Of a stretch of 64,000 nucleotides of DNA, positions 1 through 22,597 are shown one piece after another. Where the stretch lies: positions 10,640,469-10,704,468 of the forward strand of contig CAVNZM010000009.1 of the NCBI GenBank assembly GCA_963693365.1, written 5' to 3'. Each line of letters opens with the position of its first letter. The first letter of the stretch is position 1. A program made the translations under genes and the position numbers. Source of the DNA: Amoebidium appalachense (Eukaryota; Protista; Ichthyosporea). The notes beneath the pieces are model-generated. The model worked only from the letters and a program-made list of their open reading frames with translations. It searched no databases and was not told where the DNA came from.

Positions 1-709
1 CTTGCGACTTATCATCTTATCACAACTAAAGAGGGAGAACCAATCGGTTCTATCAGAAGATAGAAAAACTCATTCCGACAGAGCATACGCATTCCAACTT
101 CCGACTTAACTAGAGTTTAAAAACTCGTACTTAAATAAATTAAGTAATTACTTATACATCTAGTCACTATTAACTCACATATATATTTATATTCGTCTCT
201 ATAAAGAAACTCGTTTAAATACATATATCTCCTAATAGTCGACACTCTCAAAGTGAAGACACATTGCAATAAACCGAATTCCATATGTATCTATTGTCCA
301 ATCACAACACATATATTTATAGACAGGAATGCACAACACCGTGACGATCTACAGATGTACTCGCTCGCGACTATTGGCGAGCCATCCTATTGAGAACAAA
401 ACTAAGCCATTTTGAAATAAAAGAAAGACAACGAATGTAGCTAGCCAATCACGCTACCTCTCAGATAAACAGAGGAGAGCAAACAGAAATAAAATACAAT
501 AAGTTCTTATCAGGCAAGAGAGCCAGGTGTGCACAGATCTACAGAAATCCGTGCTCACAGAAACAAGGGAGAGAGAGATAGGGGGGGGGGGGGGGGGGGG
601 GAGACAGAGAGAGAGAGAGAGAGAGAAAAGAGAAAAAATACAAACAAAGCTAAGACACATACATACTTCGAAAGGCTCTTGCTGTCATACGTAGTGACGT
701 ATTCCAACA
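1..709 (+). mobile_element. LTR-like repeat, copy 1 (cut by window edge)
   Basis: Aligns colinearly by eye with 1256-2040. Ends ...GTAGTGACGTATTCCAACA (CA terminus) and carries an internal poly-G/(GA)n tract. Strand is nominal. Confidence 0.6.
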
Positions 710-734
710 GGAACTCGCACAGCAAATACGTGAG

Positions 735-1121
735 ATGGGAAACCCCGAGCCAGATGACAGGGTGCGTAGATGTGACCCCCCATCCCAAGCCCTGGCGTTT
801 GACTTTACAAATGAAAGGTGGGTTTGCAAACCAGTTGTGGGCCACCTGCTGGGCAAGCTGTTGCTCCACAACCCAGACGGCTCTAGCAAGGGACAAAAGC
901 TAAATCTGTCCACCGACATATGCGAAAACCTTGATACACAAACAAGAGAGTTCATGGTGTGGAGGCCCTTCAAAGATGGAGATCCCGAAGACGAGCTTCT
1001 GTGCAAAGACACTGTTCAAATGGGCCGCCGTCATGCTCCCCGCCAGCCACCACCCATGGAAGCGCCCTCTTCGCATCCAAGGAAACGGCGCAAGATTTTT
1101 TGTTGTTTTGTACGGGTCTAA
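735..1121 (+). CDS. Unidentified ORF fragment (128 aa) between two LTR-like units
   Basis: Complex, non-repetitive ORF (MGNPEPDDRVRRCDPP...HPRKRRK) whose last codons run into the TGTTG start of the LTR-like unit at 1101. No recognisable motif. Confidence 0.25.
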   Translation: MGNPEPDDRVRRCDPPSQALAFDFTNERWVCKPVVGHLLGKLLLHNPDGSSKGQKLNLSTDICENLDTQTREFMVWRPFKDGDPEDELLCKDTVQMGRRHAPRQPPPMEAPSSHPRKRRKIFCCFVRV

Positions 1122-1852
1122 GGGAGCAGAGTGCACAGAGGTGTCATGTAAAACACGACTAACACAATAAAGAGAGGGCAATCGGAGTTGTTTACGACAC
1201 ATGAATGATTTCAAACAACAACTGACCTTTTATTGTGCTCTCGGGTCTTTTTGTACTTGCAACTTATCATCTTACTAGTATCTCAACTAAAAGGGGAGAA
1301 CCAATCGGTTCTATCAGATGATAGAAAAACACATGCCGACAGAGCATACGCATTCCAACTTCCGACCTAACTGAAGCTTAGAAACTCTTACTTAAATGAC
1401 TTAAGAATTAATTATGATCTTGTCACTATTAATACACATATATATTTATACTCGTCTCTATAAAGAAACACATAAAAGTACATATATTTCCTAATAGTCG
1501 ACACTCTCAAAGTGAAGACACGTTACGATAAACCGAATTCGATACATCTCTATTGTGTCCAATCATAACACGTATATTAATAGACAGGAATGCACAGCAC
1601 GATCTATAGATGTACTCACTCGCGACTATTGGTGAGTCATTTTATTGTGAACTAAAACTAAGCCACTTTGAACTAAAACAAAGACAACGAATATAGCTAG
1701 CCAATCACGCTACCTCTCAGATAACCAGAGGAGAGCAAACACAGATAAAATACTTTGGCAATAAGTTCTATCAGGCAAGAGAGCCAGGTGTGCACAGATC
1801 TACAGATATCTGTGCACACAGAAACAAGGGAGAGAGTACTAGTAGTAAGATA

Positions 1853-1920
<68 letters not shown>

Positions 1921-2040
1921 AGAAAGGGGGAGAGGGGGGAGAGCACAAAGAAGGAGAGCAGACACGAATACAAACAAAGCTTAGACACATACATACTTCA
2001 AGACTCTTGCTGTCCTACGTACTAGTGACGTATTCCAACA
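1101..2040 (+). mobile_element. LTR-like repeat, copy 2 (~940 bp)
   Basis: Starts TGTTG (1101) and ends CAACA (2040). Similar to 1-709 and to both ends of 10780-11727. No perfect TSD (TTTTT vs TTCAT). Confidence 0.6.
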
Positions 2041-2157
2041 TTCATAGCAGCCACGTGACTGGCTGTGTGGATAGTATTGCACCCAGTGGTGCAGCCACAG
2101 CTCGTCTAACCGCTGACCTGTGGGCCCGCAGCAAGCGTGTACCCACCGCACCAACTA

Positions 2158-2265
2158 GCCACTCCACTGTCTTGTGTCATCTTTCTCTTTCCCTGCCCCA
2201 CCTCCGTCCTCTTTACTCAGACACACTGCCAAACCATACCCAGACACAACTTGAGCCTCCCCCTC
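2158..2265 (+). repeat. Dispersed ~105-bp repeat ending in a C-rich run (copy 1)
   Basis: CCACTCCACTGTC...CAGACACAACYTGAGCCTCCCC recurs at 15622-15725. Confidence 0.7.
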
Positions 2266-2301
2266 TCCCCTTCCCCTCCCCTCCCCCCTCCCCCCTCCCC
2301 T

Positions 2302-2333
<32 letters not shown>

Positions 2334-2507
2334 ATGGGAAGATGACACCCCCCCACTCTCTTTATGGCCTTCAACAACATGCCACTACACAAGCATATGA
2401 TCCTTACAACCTAAGTCACACTCAAGCAGCCCGGACCTCACACTGCCCAACCCCTCCCCCTCCCCCCTCCCCCCAACTATGACTAACGGGGTTAGTCATA
2501 GTTGTTT

Positions 2508-2546
<39 letters not shown>

Positions 2547-2865
2547 GCAGAGGGAGGGGTTCCTGCCGGAGGGCCCACGGCCAGGAAGGGAGGGTAGGGG
2601 GGTTGGTATTACCAGGACCCCGGCACGTGACCGTTGGCAATTGTACGTGATGCTGTACATGCTTGTAACAGTAATTTAGAAAAAAACAAGGGAACGGGGG
2701 ATAGCTTAAGCATTAGGGAGGGGCGGGACTCAGGGTTCAAATTTTTAAAATGCCATAGCAAAATGCCAGGTGTACACCGTGATCGGGTCTTTATAAATCT
2801 GTGCACAGTAACACGTGGAGGGGGGAGCCTCATGGGGAATGTACTGGGTAAGGGGCGAGAGACCG

Positions 2866-4840
<1,975 letters not shown>

Positions 4841-6059
4841 CTCAGAGGAGCCGGGGAGAGATCCACTTTTTTCCAGTTATCGGCACCCTGATCAGGGGAT
4901 TGTCTCCCGGATTCATGGCCATATATGGTTGCAACCGACCCCCCCCCCCCCCCCCCACCCCCCCCCTCCCAAAAAAAAAAAAAGAAAAGAAAAAAAAAAC
5001 TTTGCGAGGTCGCGGCAATTTTTTTTCTTCCCCTTGGTATTTTGACCCCGATGTTGCCTCATGGGTGGGGGGGGTGGGGGAGACTGCGTTCGAGGGCTTA
5101 TTAGCTGTTATTTGTGGGCCGCTCTTCACACTTCAAGAATCGTTAAGGCTTTCTCCTTTTTTCTATTTCATTTCTTCTTCTTCTCGTTTTTTTTGGGGGG
5201 GGGGGGAGGGGGAGGGGGTGGGGGGGTTGGGGGGGTGGGGGGAAGATCAACTGAGACGTCGCCAATTGTGACCATTGCCCACTGATGGGGACCCGAAGGA
5301 AAAGATAGTTGCAGTATCCGGAAATTTCTTTTTTCTGTCCATTCCTCATGCCATATGTGTGTGTCTGTCGCAGGCACCACAGGGGAGGCCCTGTGATGTG
5401 TGTGTGGGGAGGACGAAGGGGAAGGCGGGGAGTGGGCGGGCAAGGGAGGGGGAGGCGGCTGAGCTCGAGGGGAACGGTTACGTTGGTGTTTACACTTAGG
5501 GACTTTTGGGACCCGGTTGGGAAGCTTCTGGCATGAAATCTGCCTTCAGTCACATATCAAATTGAATCGATGCTGCCAGCAGATGACACATGGGGAGTGC
5601 ACGTTCTCCCAACTTTCGATACATGTCTCTTTATTAAACGGTTACGGAGAGAGTCACTTTCTCAGTGGTCGGAAACTCTTGAGACTTATCATACAAGGTA
5701 TAAAGTGAACAGAATGATTCTCTATTTCCCAGCGAATAACCGTTCATTTCAATACCTATCCGGAGACACATATATATAGCGTCCGACGGCCCTGGCAGGG
5801 ACACATCGACTTTGAGCTTGACACGGCCCACCATGAGCTCAGTACTAGTGTCCGCATCTGCGTTACATACACTCAGGCTACTGCACACCGAGCAACTACA
5901 ACTCATCATGATATGAACTCACAAATACAGTAGCGCTCGGTGTCAATAGCTCACATCACCGGATACATCACTGACTGAGATAGCCAGTGTTGAAATAGTA
6001 AACACATAAACAGCGGGCGTATGGTCTCTGGCCGGCCCAGCCCCTCCCAGGGGTCACGT

Positions 6060-6876
6060 CTAGTAGTCCTTGTGCCAGTCATCCCCGCCATATGCCTTCT
6101 CCTGCATCTGATGGGTATTGTGCCGCATCCTGGCAGCCTCCCCGGTACGGCCACCTACGGGCCTGTACTGCTTATTATGGTTGCGCATGTATATCTTAGC
6201 CTCGCTCTCCTCCTCAGGTCTGTACTGCTTCCCACCGTGGTTGCGCATTGATATCTTAGAGTCGGTCTCCTCCCCGCGATCCTCGGGCTTGTACTGCTTC
6301 CCGTCCCAGAGGCTCTTACTGAATGACGGAATCTGCTCCATGGGCAGAGGTGTCACGCCCGGGTCCATAAAGGGGAAATCTCCCGTGTAGTAAGCTTCGC
6401 TCTCCATCACTCGCTTCTCATTCTGGTCCAACGAGCAGTAATCACTACCGGTTGAGCGTGTATCGTCCATGGTGTCACATGACCCCAGCACTATCTCTCC
6501 ACTGGGCAGCGTCTTGCCATACTTTGCGTGGCACGAAGGAGTCCCGTCCTCGTCATCCCCACAGAAACCGCAGTTCAGGAACCCACACTGGTAGGCCCAG
6601 GCGTAGCCAAGAAACCTCATACCGTCCGGCATCTCATCATACATGTTGTGGCCGAAAGTGTACAAAGAGTTGTCGGGGGAAGCACCCAGCCCTCGCACGG
6701 TTTACGCTCGTGGAAATTGGGTCGGATACCCACGTGCAGTTCCGGTGGCCGTAGACGCTGGGATCGCAGGCCCAGCACTTGAGCAGGCAGTCGTCACACT
6801 CGGCACGCACGGGCGGCGCAAGCAGTGCCACGCATGCAGCCAGGGCGAAGACACGGAGTGAGCTGAAGGCACCCAT
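6060..6876 (-). CDS. Secreted cysteine-rich protein (~270 aa) with C-terminal KQY(K/R)P repeats; one apparent frameshift
   Basis: ATG at 6876 followed by a hydrophobic signal peptide (MGAFSSLRVFALAACVALLAPPVRA). ORFs 6637-6885 and 6060-6698 join (...RAGCFP|DNSLYTFG...) if one base is removed from the G5 run at 6675-6679. Confidence 0.7.
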
Positions 6877-6944
6877 GGCGAACAATGTTTCTGCGACCCG
6901 TGTTTAAAGGTGATGTTTGGACCCGCAACTGAGCCTGCCACGCA

Positions 6945-6951
6945 ATTTATA
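6945..6951 (-). promoter_or_regulatory. Putative TATA box
   Basis: TATAAAT on the minus strand ~70 bp upstream of the ATG at 6876. Confidence 0.4.
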
Positions 6952-7736
6952 CGCCGCCGTACCGTCAGCCCCGTGGGCCGTGAGCCGGCAGACTCACCTG
7001 TACATTGCCCGGGCCGATGGTCACCAATCACCATCATGGTCAGTCGTGACTGGCGCGTGCACAAAGTTATGATCATTATGATTTGCGGCTTGGCCATGTG
7101 TAGCCATGTTGAATCAGGCTGAGGCCCATTGCAAGGTTATCATTGGAGGAGGAACATATTCGCCCTAACATGTTGCATTTATAACCTACTGTGTGGTAAC
7201 TTGGGCATCATATACAGTCGGCAGGGGCCACGGCCCACGCCGCCACGCGCCAACTCATGAGCGCGCACGGGCCTGGTTGAACCTGCCTTGCCCGTCACCG
7301 TCGTCCGCGTCGTACGTGTGCGGCTCACTACCGGACCACAGTGTGGTATCCAACACATTCCAGAGTTTAAAAAGTTACCAAACATGGTTACTGCTCTCCG
7401 GCACAGTTTTAACCTGTTGGCAAGCAGGGGTTGAATTACGACTCACTGAAATCGTCGTATCATGTACATTTAGGGTCAATACAAGTAGCACTGTGGGGTG
7501 CTGTTTCGGTTTATCTTAGCAGCCAAATAGACCACAATAGTCAATTTTTTGGTGTGTTTTCATACGGAAATGGGCGTTTTTCTAGGGAAAAGTGATCAGG
7601 TGAGCATTTTGGCACTCCAGTGTGGAATATAATAAAGCCATATGTTTGCCAATCGGGGTGTACAAATGCTAACGGAGTGTATAAGAGATATAGCCTAGTT
7701 CGTTCGTACGGGGTCTATACGAGTCGTAGATGAGAC

Positions 7737-8916
7737 TGTTGGAGTGCAGACTTACGCTCACTCCACAATATGTGTATGTTAGCTTTACAATTGGTTCCGT
7801 GTACACAGACACACGCTGACACTCGATCACCACATGCACATCTGCATAGTTGAGGAATGTTGCCAATTGTGTTTTGACTGCAAACGATTGGTTCACTGGT
7901 CCCAGAGATCTCTAAATGAAAGTAACCAATCCGATTAGCACCTGGCATCCGGATTACATTCCAGACTGCTGCCCCACGGGTATATAAGCCACGTCTCTGC
8001 CAGGTGCAGTCATGGAGTTCAGTCATGGAGTTCAGTCATGGAGTTCAGTCATGGAGTTCAGTCATGGAGTTCAGTCATGGAGTTCAGTCATGGAGTTAAC
8101 ACACTGAAAGCAGTAAAAAAAAACGGGTCAGCGCCCAAGCGCGCCACGACGACCCTAGTCACAGCGGACTCTACTTCCAACAGGGTTATGGGCCCAGACA
8201 CGACACCGCGGCCTCTAACTTCATTAGAGACTTTCGCTTCCACAAACTCCATCCGCAGCAGCCTGCGACATCAACGTCAAGTATTCCACTTCATTGGCGG
8301 GGCACGCACCACAGTGGAATGCACACCCCGGTCTACCCTGCAAGTAGCCACACTCACTCTCTCTTCTCTAGTGGTGTGTACACTTCTCCAATTGGGTAGG
8401 GGTGTTGGAGTGCAGACTTACGCTCACTCCACAATATGTGTATGTTAGCTTTACAATTGGTTCCGTGTACACAGACACACGCTGACACTCGATCACCACA
8501 TGCACATCTGCATAGTTGAGGAATGTTGCCAATTGTGTTTTGACTGCAAACGATTGGTTCACTGGTCCCAGAGATCTCTAAATGAAAGTAACCAATCCGA
8601 TTAGCGCCTGGCATCCGGATTACATTCCAGACTGCTGCCCCACGGGTATATAAGCCACGGCTCTGCCAGGTGCAGACATGGAGTTAAGTCATGGAGTTCA
8701 GTCATGGAGTTTAGTCATGGAGTTCAGTCATGGAGTTCAGTCATGGAGTTCAGACATGGAGTTCAGTCATGGAGTTCAGTCATGGAGTTCAGTCATGGAG
8801 TTCAGTCATGGAGTTCAGTCATGGAGTTCAGTCATGGAGTTAACACACTGAAAGCAGTAAAAAAAACGGGTCAGCGCCCAAGCGCGCCACGACGACCCTA
8901 GTCACAGCGGACTCTA
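7737..8916 (+). mobile_element. Non-autonomous miniature Ty1/copia-type LTR element (TRIM-like), copy 1
   Basis: 5' LTR 7737-8182 (TGTTGGA...TCCAACA, TATATAA at ~7981); PBS GGGTTATGGGCCCAG 8183-8197; 220-bp non-coding interior; PPT GGGTAGGGG 8394-8402; 3' LTR 8403-8916 lacking its last 9 nt. Confidence 0.9.
8011..8097 (+). repeat. 13-bp tandem array (CATGGAGTTCAGT) inside each LTR
   Basis: 7 copies here, 13 at 8677-8841, 6 at 9002-9075 and 7 at 9737-9823 (the last two inverted). Confidence 0.9.
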
Positions 8917-10097
8917 GTTGGAAGTAGAGTCCGCTGTGACTAGGGTCGTCGTGGCGCGCTTGGGCGCTGACCCGTTTTTTTTTTACTGCTTTCAGTGTGT
9001 TAACTCCATGACTGAACTCCATGACTGAACTCCATGACTGAACTCCATGACTGAACTCCATGACTGAACTCCATGACTGCACCTGGCAGAGACGTGGCTT
9101 ATATACCCGTGGGGCAGCAGTCTGGAATGTAATCCGGATGCCAGGTGCTAATCGGATTGGTTACTTTCATTTAGAGATCTCTGGGACCAGTGAACCAATC
9201 GTTTGCAGTCAAAACACAATTGGCAACATTCCTCAACTATGCAGATGTGCATGTGGTGATCGAGTGTCAGCGTGTGTCTGTGTACACGGAACCAATTGTA
9301 AAGCTAACATACACATATTGTGGAGTGAGCGTAAGTCTGCACTCCAACACCCCTACCCAATTGGAGAAGTGTACACACCACTAGAGAAGAGAGAGTGAGT
9401 GTGGCTGCTTGCAGGGTAGACCGGGGTGTGCATTCCACTGTGGTGCGTGCCCCGCCAATGAAGTGGAATACTTGACGTTGATGTCGCAGGCTGCTGCGGA
9501 TGGAGTTTGTGGAAGCGAAAGTCTCTACTTCACGGAAATACGCTCGCGGGTGTAGGGTACAGCCTAGAAGTCGGTTTCTGGGCTCCTCCGTTCAAGGCGT
9601 CGTAGGGGACGTGAAGTTAGAGGCCGCGGTGTCGTGTCTGGGCCCATAACCCTGTTGGAAGTAGAGTCCGCTGTGACTAGGGTCGTCGTGGCGCGCTTGG
9701 GCGCTGACCCGTTTTTTTTACTGCTTTCAGTGTGTTAACTCCATGACTGAACTCCATGACTGAACTCCATGACTGAACTCCATGACTGAACTCCATGACT
9801 GAACTCCATGACTGAACTCCATGACTGCACCTGGCAGAGACGTGGCTTATATACCCGTGGGGCAGCAGTCTGGAATGTAATCCGGATGCCAGGTGCTAAT
9901 CGGATTGGTTACTTTCATTTAGAGATCTCTGGGACCAGTGAACCAATCGTTTGCAGTCAAAACACAATTGGCAACATTCCTCAACTATGCAGATGTGCAT
10001 GTGGTGATCGAGTGTCAGCGTGTGTCTGTGTACACGGAACCAATTGTAAAGCTAACATACACATATTGTGGAGTGAGCGTAAGTCTGCACTCCAACA
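8917..10097 (-). mobile_element. Non-autonomous miniature Ty1/copia-type LTR element (TRIM-like), copy 2, inverted
   Basis: 5' LTR 10097-9653; PBS 9652-9638; 303-bp interior; PPT 9358-9350; 3' LTR 9349-8917 lacking its last nt. GAGAC direct repeat at 7732-7736 and 10098-10102. Confidence 0.9.
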
Positions 10098-10399
10098 GAG
10101 ACAACTGCCAATACCATTTGGTCTGTTTGGTCTGCTGTTGGTCACTTGTTGAGTTGCGTCATTAATTACGAGAGTAAAAAATTGACTCTCTTGTTATAAC
10201 TTATCAGGTTGTTTCTTTTGTTTGTCGGGCGCACCTGAACTAAAACTCGGCAAAAGGCTTCCGACCCAGCCCCTCCCAGAACCGTGCCATGAACGGGCTT
10301 TCCCATTCGCTGCCTAGATTAATATTATATTGGCGCATGCGCGACGTCTGCTCCCCTTCTAGTCTCTCTCCTGAAACCGAAAGGCTTCTCTCAGAGGCC

Positions 10400-10471
10400 C
10401 TCCCGGGCCCCCCCCTCTCTCTCTAGCTGGATCTAGATAGATCTGTCTCTCCCCCTCTCTCCCTGGCCATG

Positions 10472-10517
<46 letters not shown>

Positions 10518-10579
10518 AGTCTCTCTCGCTCTCTCTCAGCTCTCCCCCCCCCCCCCCCCCCCCCCCCCGGGCCCCCAGT

Positions 10580-10644
<65 letters not shown>

Positions 10645-10662
10645 CCCCCCCCCCCCCCCCGA

Positions 10663-10717
<55 letters not shown>

Positions 10718-10718
10718 G

Positions 10719-10775
<57 letters not shown>
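10400..10775. repeat. (CT)n/poly-C compound microsatellite
   Basis: Seen directly in the sequence. Confidence 0.9.
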
Positions 10776-10776
<1 letters not shown>

Positions 10777-10779
10777 TCC

Positions 10780-11727
10780 TGTTGGAATACGTCACTACGT
10801 AGTACAGCAAGAGTCTTGAAGTATGTGTGTGTGTCTTGGTCTTGTTTGTATTCGTGTCTGCTCTTCTTCTTTGTGCTCTCCCCCTTCTCTCCCTTTTGCT
10901 CTCTTCTCATCTCTCTCTCCTCCCCCCCCCCCCCCCCCCCCCCCCCCCTGTATCTCTCTCCCCCTTGTTTCTCTGTGCACAGATATCTGAAGATCTGTGC
11001 ACACCTGGCCCCCTTGCCTGATAGGACTTATTGCATTTTATCTGTGTTTGTGTTTTGCTCTCCTCTGCCTGATAGGACTTATTGCATTTTATCTGTGTTT
11101 GCTCTCCTCTGTTTTTCTGAGAGTAGCGTGATTAAGGCACTTTAACGAATTTTTTGAGGCAAATTTACATTTACTAAGTAAAATTGTATAACGTTATGCA
11201 GGTTTGAGCATAATGCACGTTTCAAAAAATTAAAAATGGAATAACTGTGGTTTCCGGCTCGAAACCTCAGTTCGTATCAACGAGTAGTAGATATGTTTGT
11301 AGTTAGATTTCAGTAATGAAACTAATATAAAAATATATACGAGTTGTACAAGTGAGAGATAAATAATAGTTTATCATTTCTGAGCTGTTGGATTTATTTT
11401 CATTGCTGTCAGAGAGTTGTTTTGAGAGATAATGCTATTTCTGTTCAAATATCTTCTGGTTTGTTTAAGACAGCCAAACCTAGAGTGTGATTGGCTGTCG
11501 TGTCTAACAAGATGTCATAGACGTTGAACCGTGCCCTGCAGGCAAAAAGGTCGACGTCTTCGAGTAATACATTGAATTGTTTCCACAGTTGTTTCTGTGC
11601 AAGTCGGATGAACTCCTTGGTTGTGTCAAGCATGTAGCGTCTCCATCCTTGTGCTGAAGTTGTGTTCAGTCACAACACCCTGTGCACTCTGTTAGATACC
11701 ACTCATCAGTCAAATAGAATTTTGACA
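10780..11727 (-). mobile_element. LTR-like repeat, copy 3 (~948 bp), related subfamily
   Basis: 10780-11132 is the reverse complement of the distal part of copies 1 and 2. The far end has CAGAGTGCACAG(A)GGTGT similar to ~1128-1145 and a TG...CA terminus (TGACA at 11723-11727). The middle ~500 bp shows no similarity I can see by eye. Confidence 0.55.
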
Positions 11728-11807
11728 CTCTCTCTAGATCTCTAGCTCTCAGGCTCCCTCATCTATAGCTAGCTGGATCTAGATCTCTCTCTTTCCCCGT
11801 CTAGCGG

Positions 11808-11878
<71 letters not shown>

Positions 11879-11955
11879 CCTCTCGCTTTCTCTCCCCCCC
11901 TTCCCCCCCCTCATCCCCTCCCTCCTCTCTCTCTTTCTCTGTGTGTGTCACAGTA

Positions 11956-12050
<95 letters not shown>

Positions 12051-12059
12051 ACGCGCGCG

Positions 12060-12253
12060 GGCATTGCGCAGTACACGACTGAGAACACAATACAGATGTT
12101 GCAGAGCACACGCGTACGCAAGTAAAGAAATTATGCCTTGAGTAGTTGGAGCGGAGGAGCCCACGATCCGGCAGCTCACTCACAGGAAGCGACGGTACCT
12201 GAGGCTGTATTTCGACCCATTCACCTTGGTCAACACATCCCAACGTTAACTCA
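12060..12253 (-). mobile_element. Diverged, 5'-truncated member of the structured-RNA element family, within (CA)n
   Basis: Minus strand GTTGGG...GGTGAATGGGTCGAAA...CTCAGGTACCGT...TGGGCTC matches the core of 17888-18137. Flanked by (TG)n on both sides. Confidence 0.5.
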
Positions 12254-12291
12254 CGTGTGTGTGTGTGTGCGTGTGTTAGGGGGAAAGGGGG

Positions 12292-12323
<32 letters not shown>

Positions 12324-12709
12324 ACAATACACCAACGAGCTGTTACAGCGACCACATTATTTACTGTCTTCTTTTCTCCGGACATATGCACCACCATCGC
12401 CCATGATCCAACCACATTAGATACAGCAGCTTCTTTCGTGTTTTGTTTCTAGAAGTTCGTTGTTTCAACTCGTGTAAATGCAGTATTGGCGTACAACTCC
12501 ATTCCGTGCTCCTCAATCCCAGACAATCATAACACATTTTTTTCTCTATTTACTTTCTGTGACACAAGCTCACACCTAAAAACGAACATTTCACATTTGA
12601 CAATCTCCAAAATATACAAACAACCTTAACAATCACGCCCCCACCACCCTCCCATGTTCCCACTACCCATGAACTCTCTGGAACCTTCTAGACCCCACGT
12701 GTGTACTAA

Positions 12710-22597
<9,888 letters not shown>

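Noticed and set aside
8011-9823. 13-bp arrays as a CRISPR-like array
   Set aside because: Head-to-tail repeats with no spacers, located inside LTRs, with no cas-like ORFs.
7669-10165. Repeated ORFs MNQSFAVK.., MTELHDCT.., MEFSHGVQ..
   Set aside because: Incidental frames in LTR sequence that end differently depending on the flank; no gag/pol motifs.
11445-11633. 62-aa ORF MLDTTKEF.. as a gene
   Set aside because: Short, inside an LTR-like unit, no motif.
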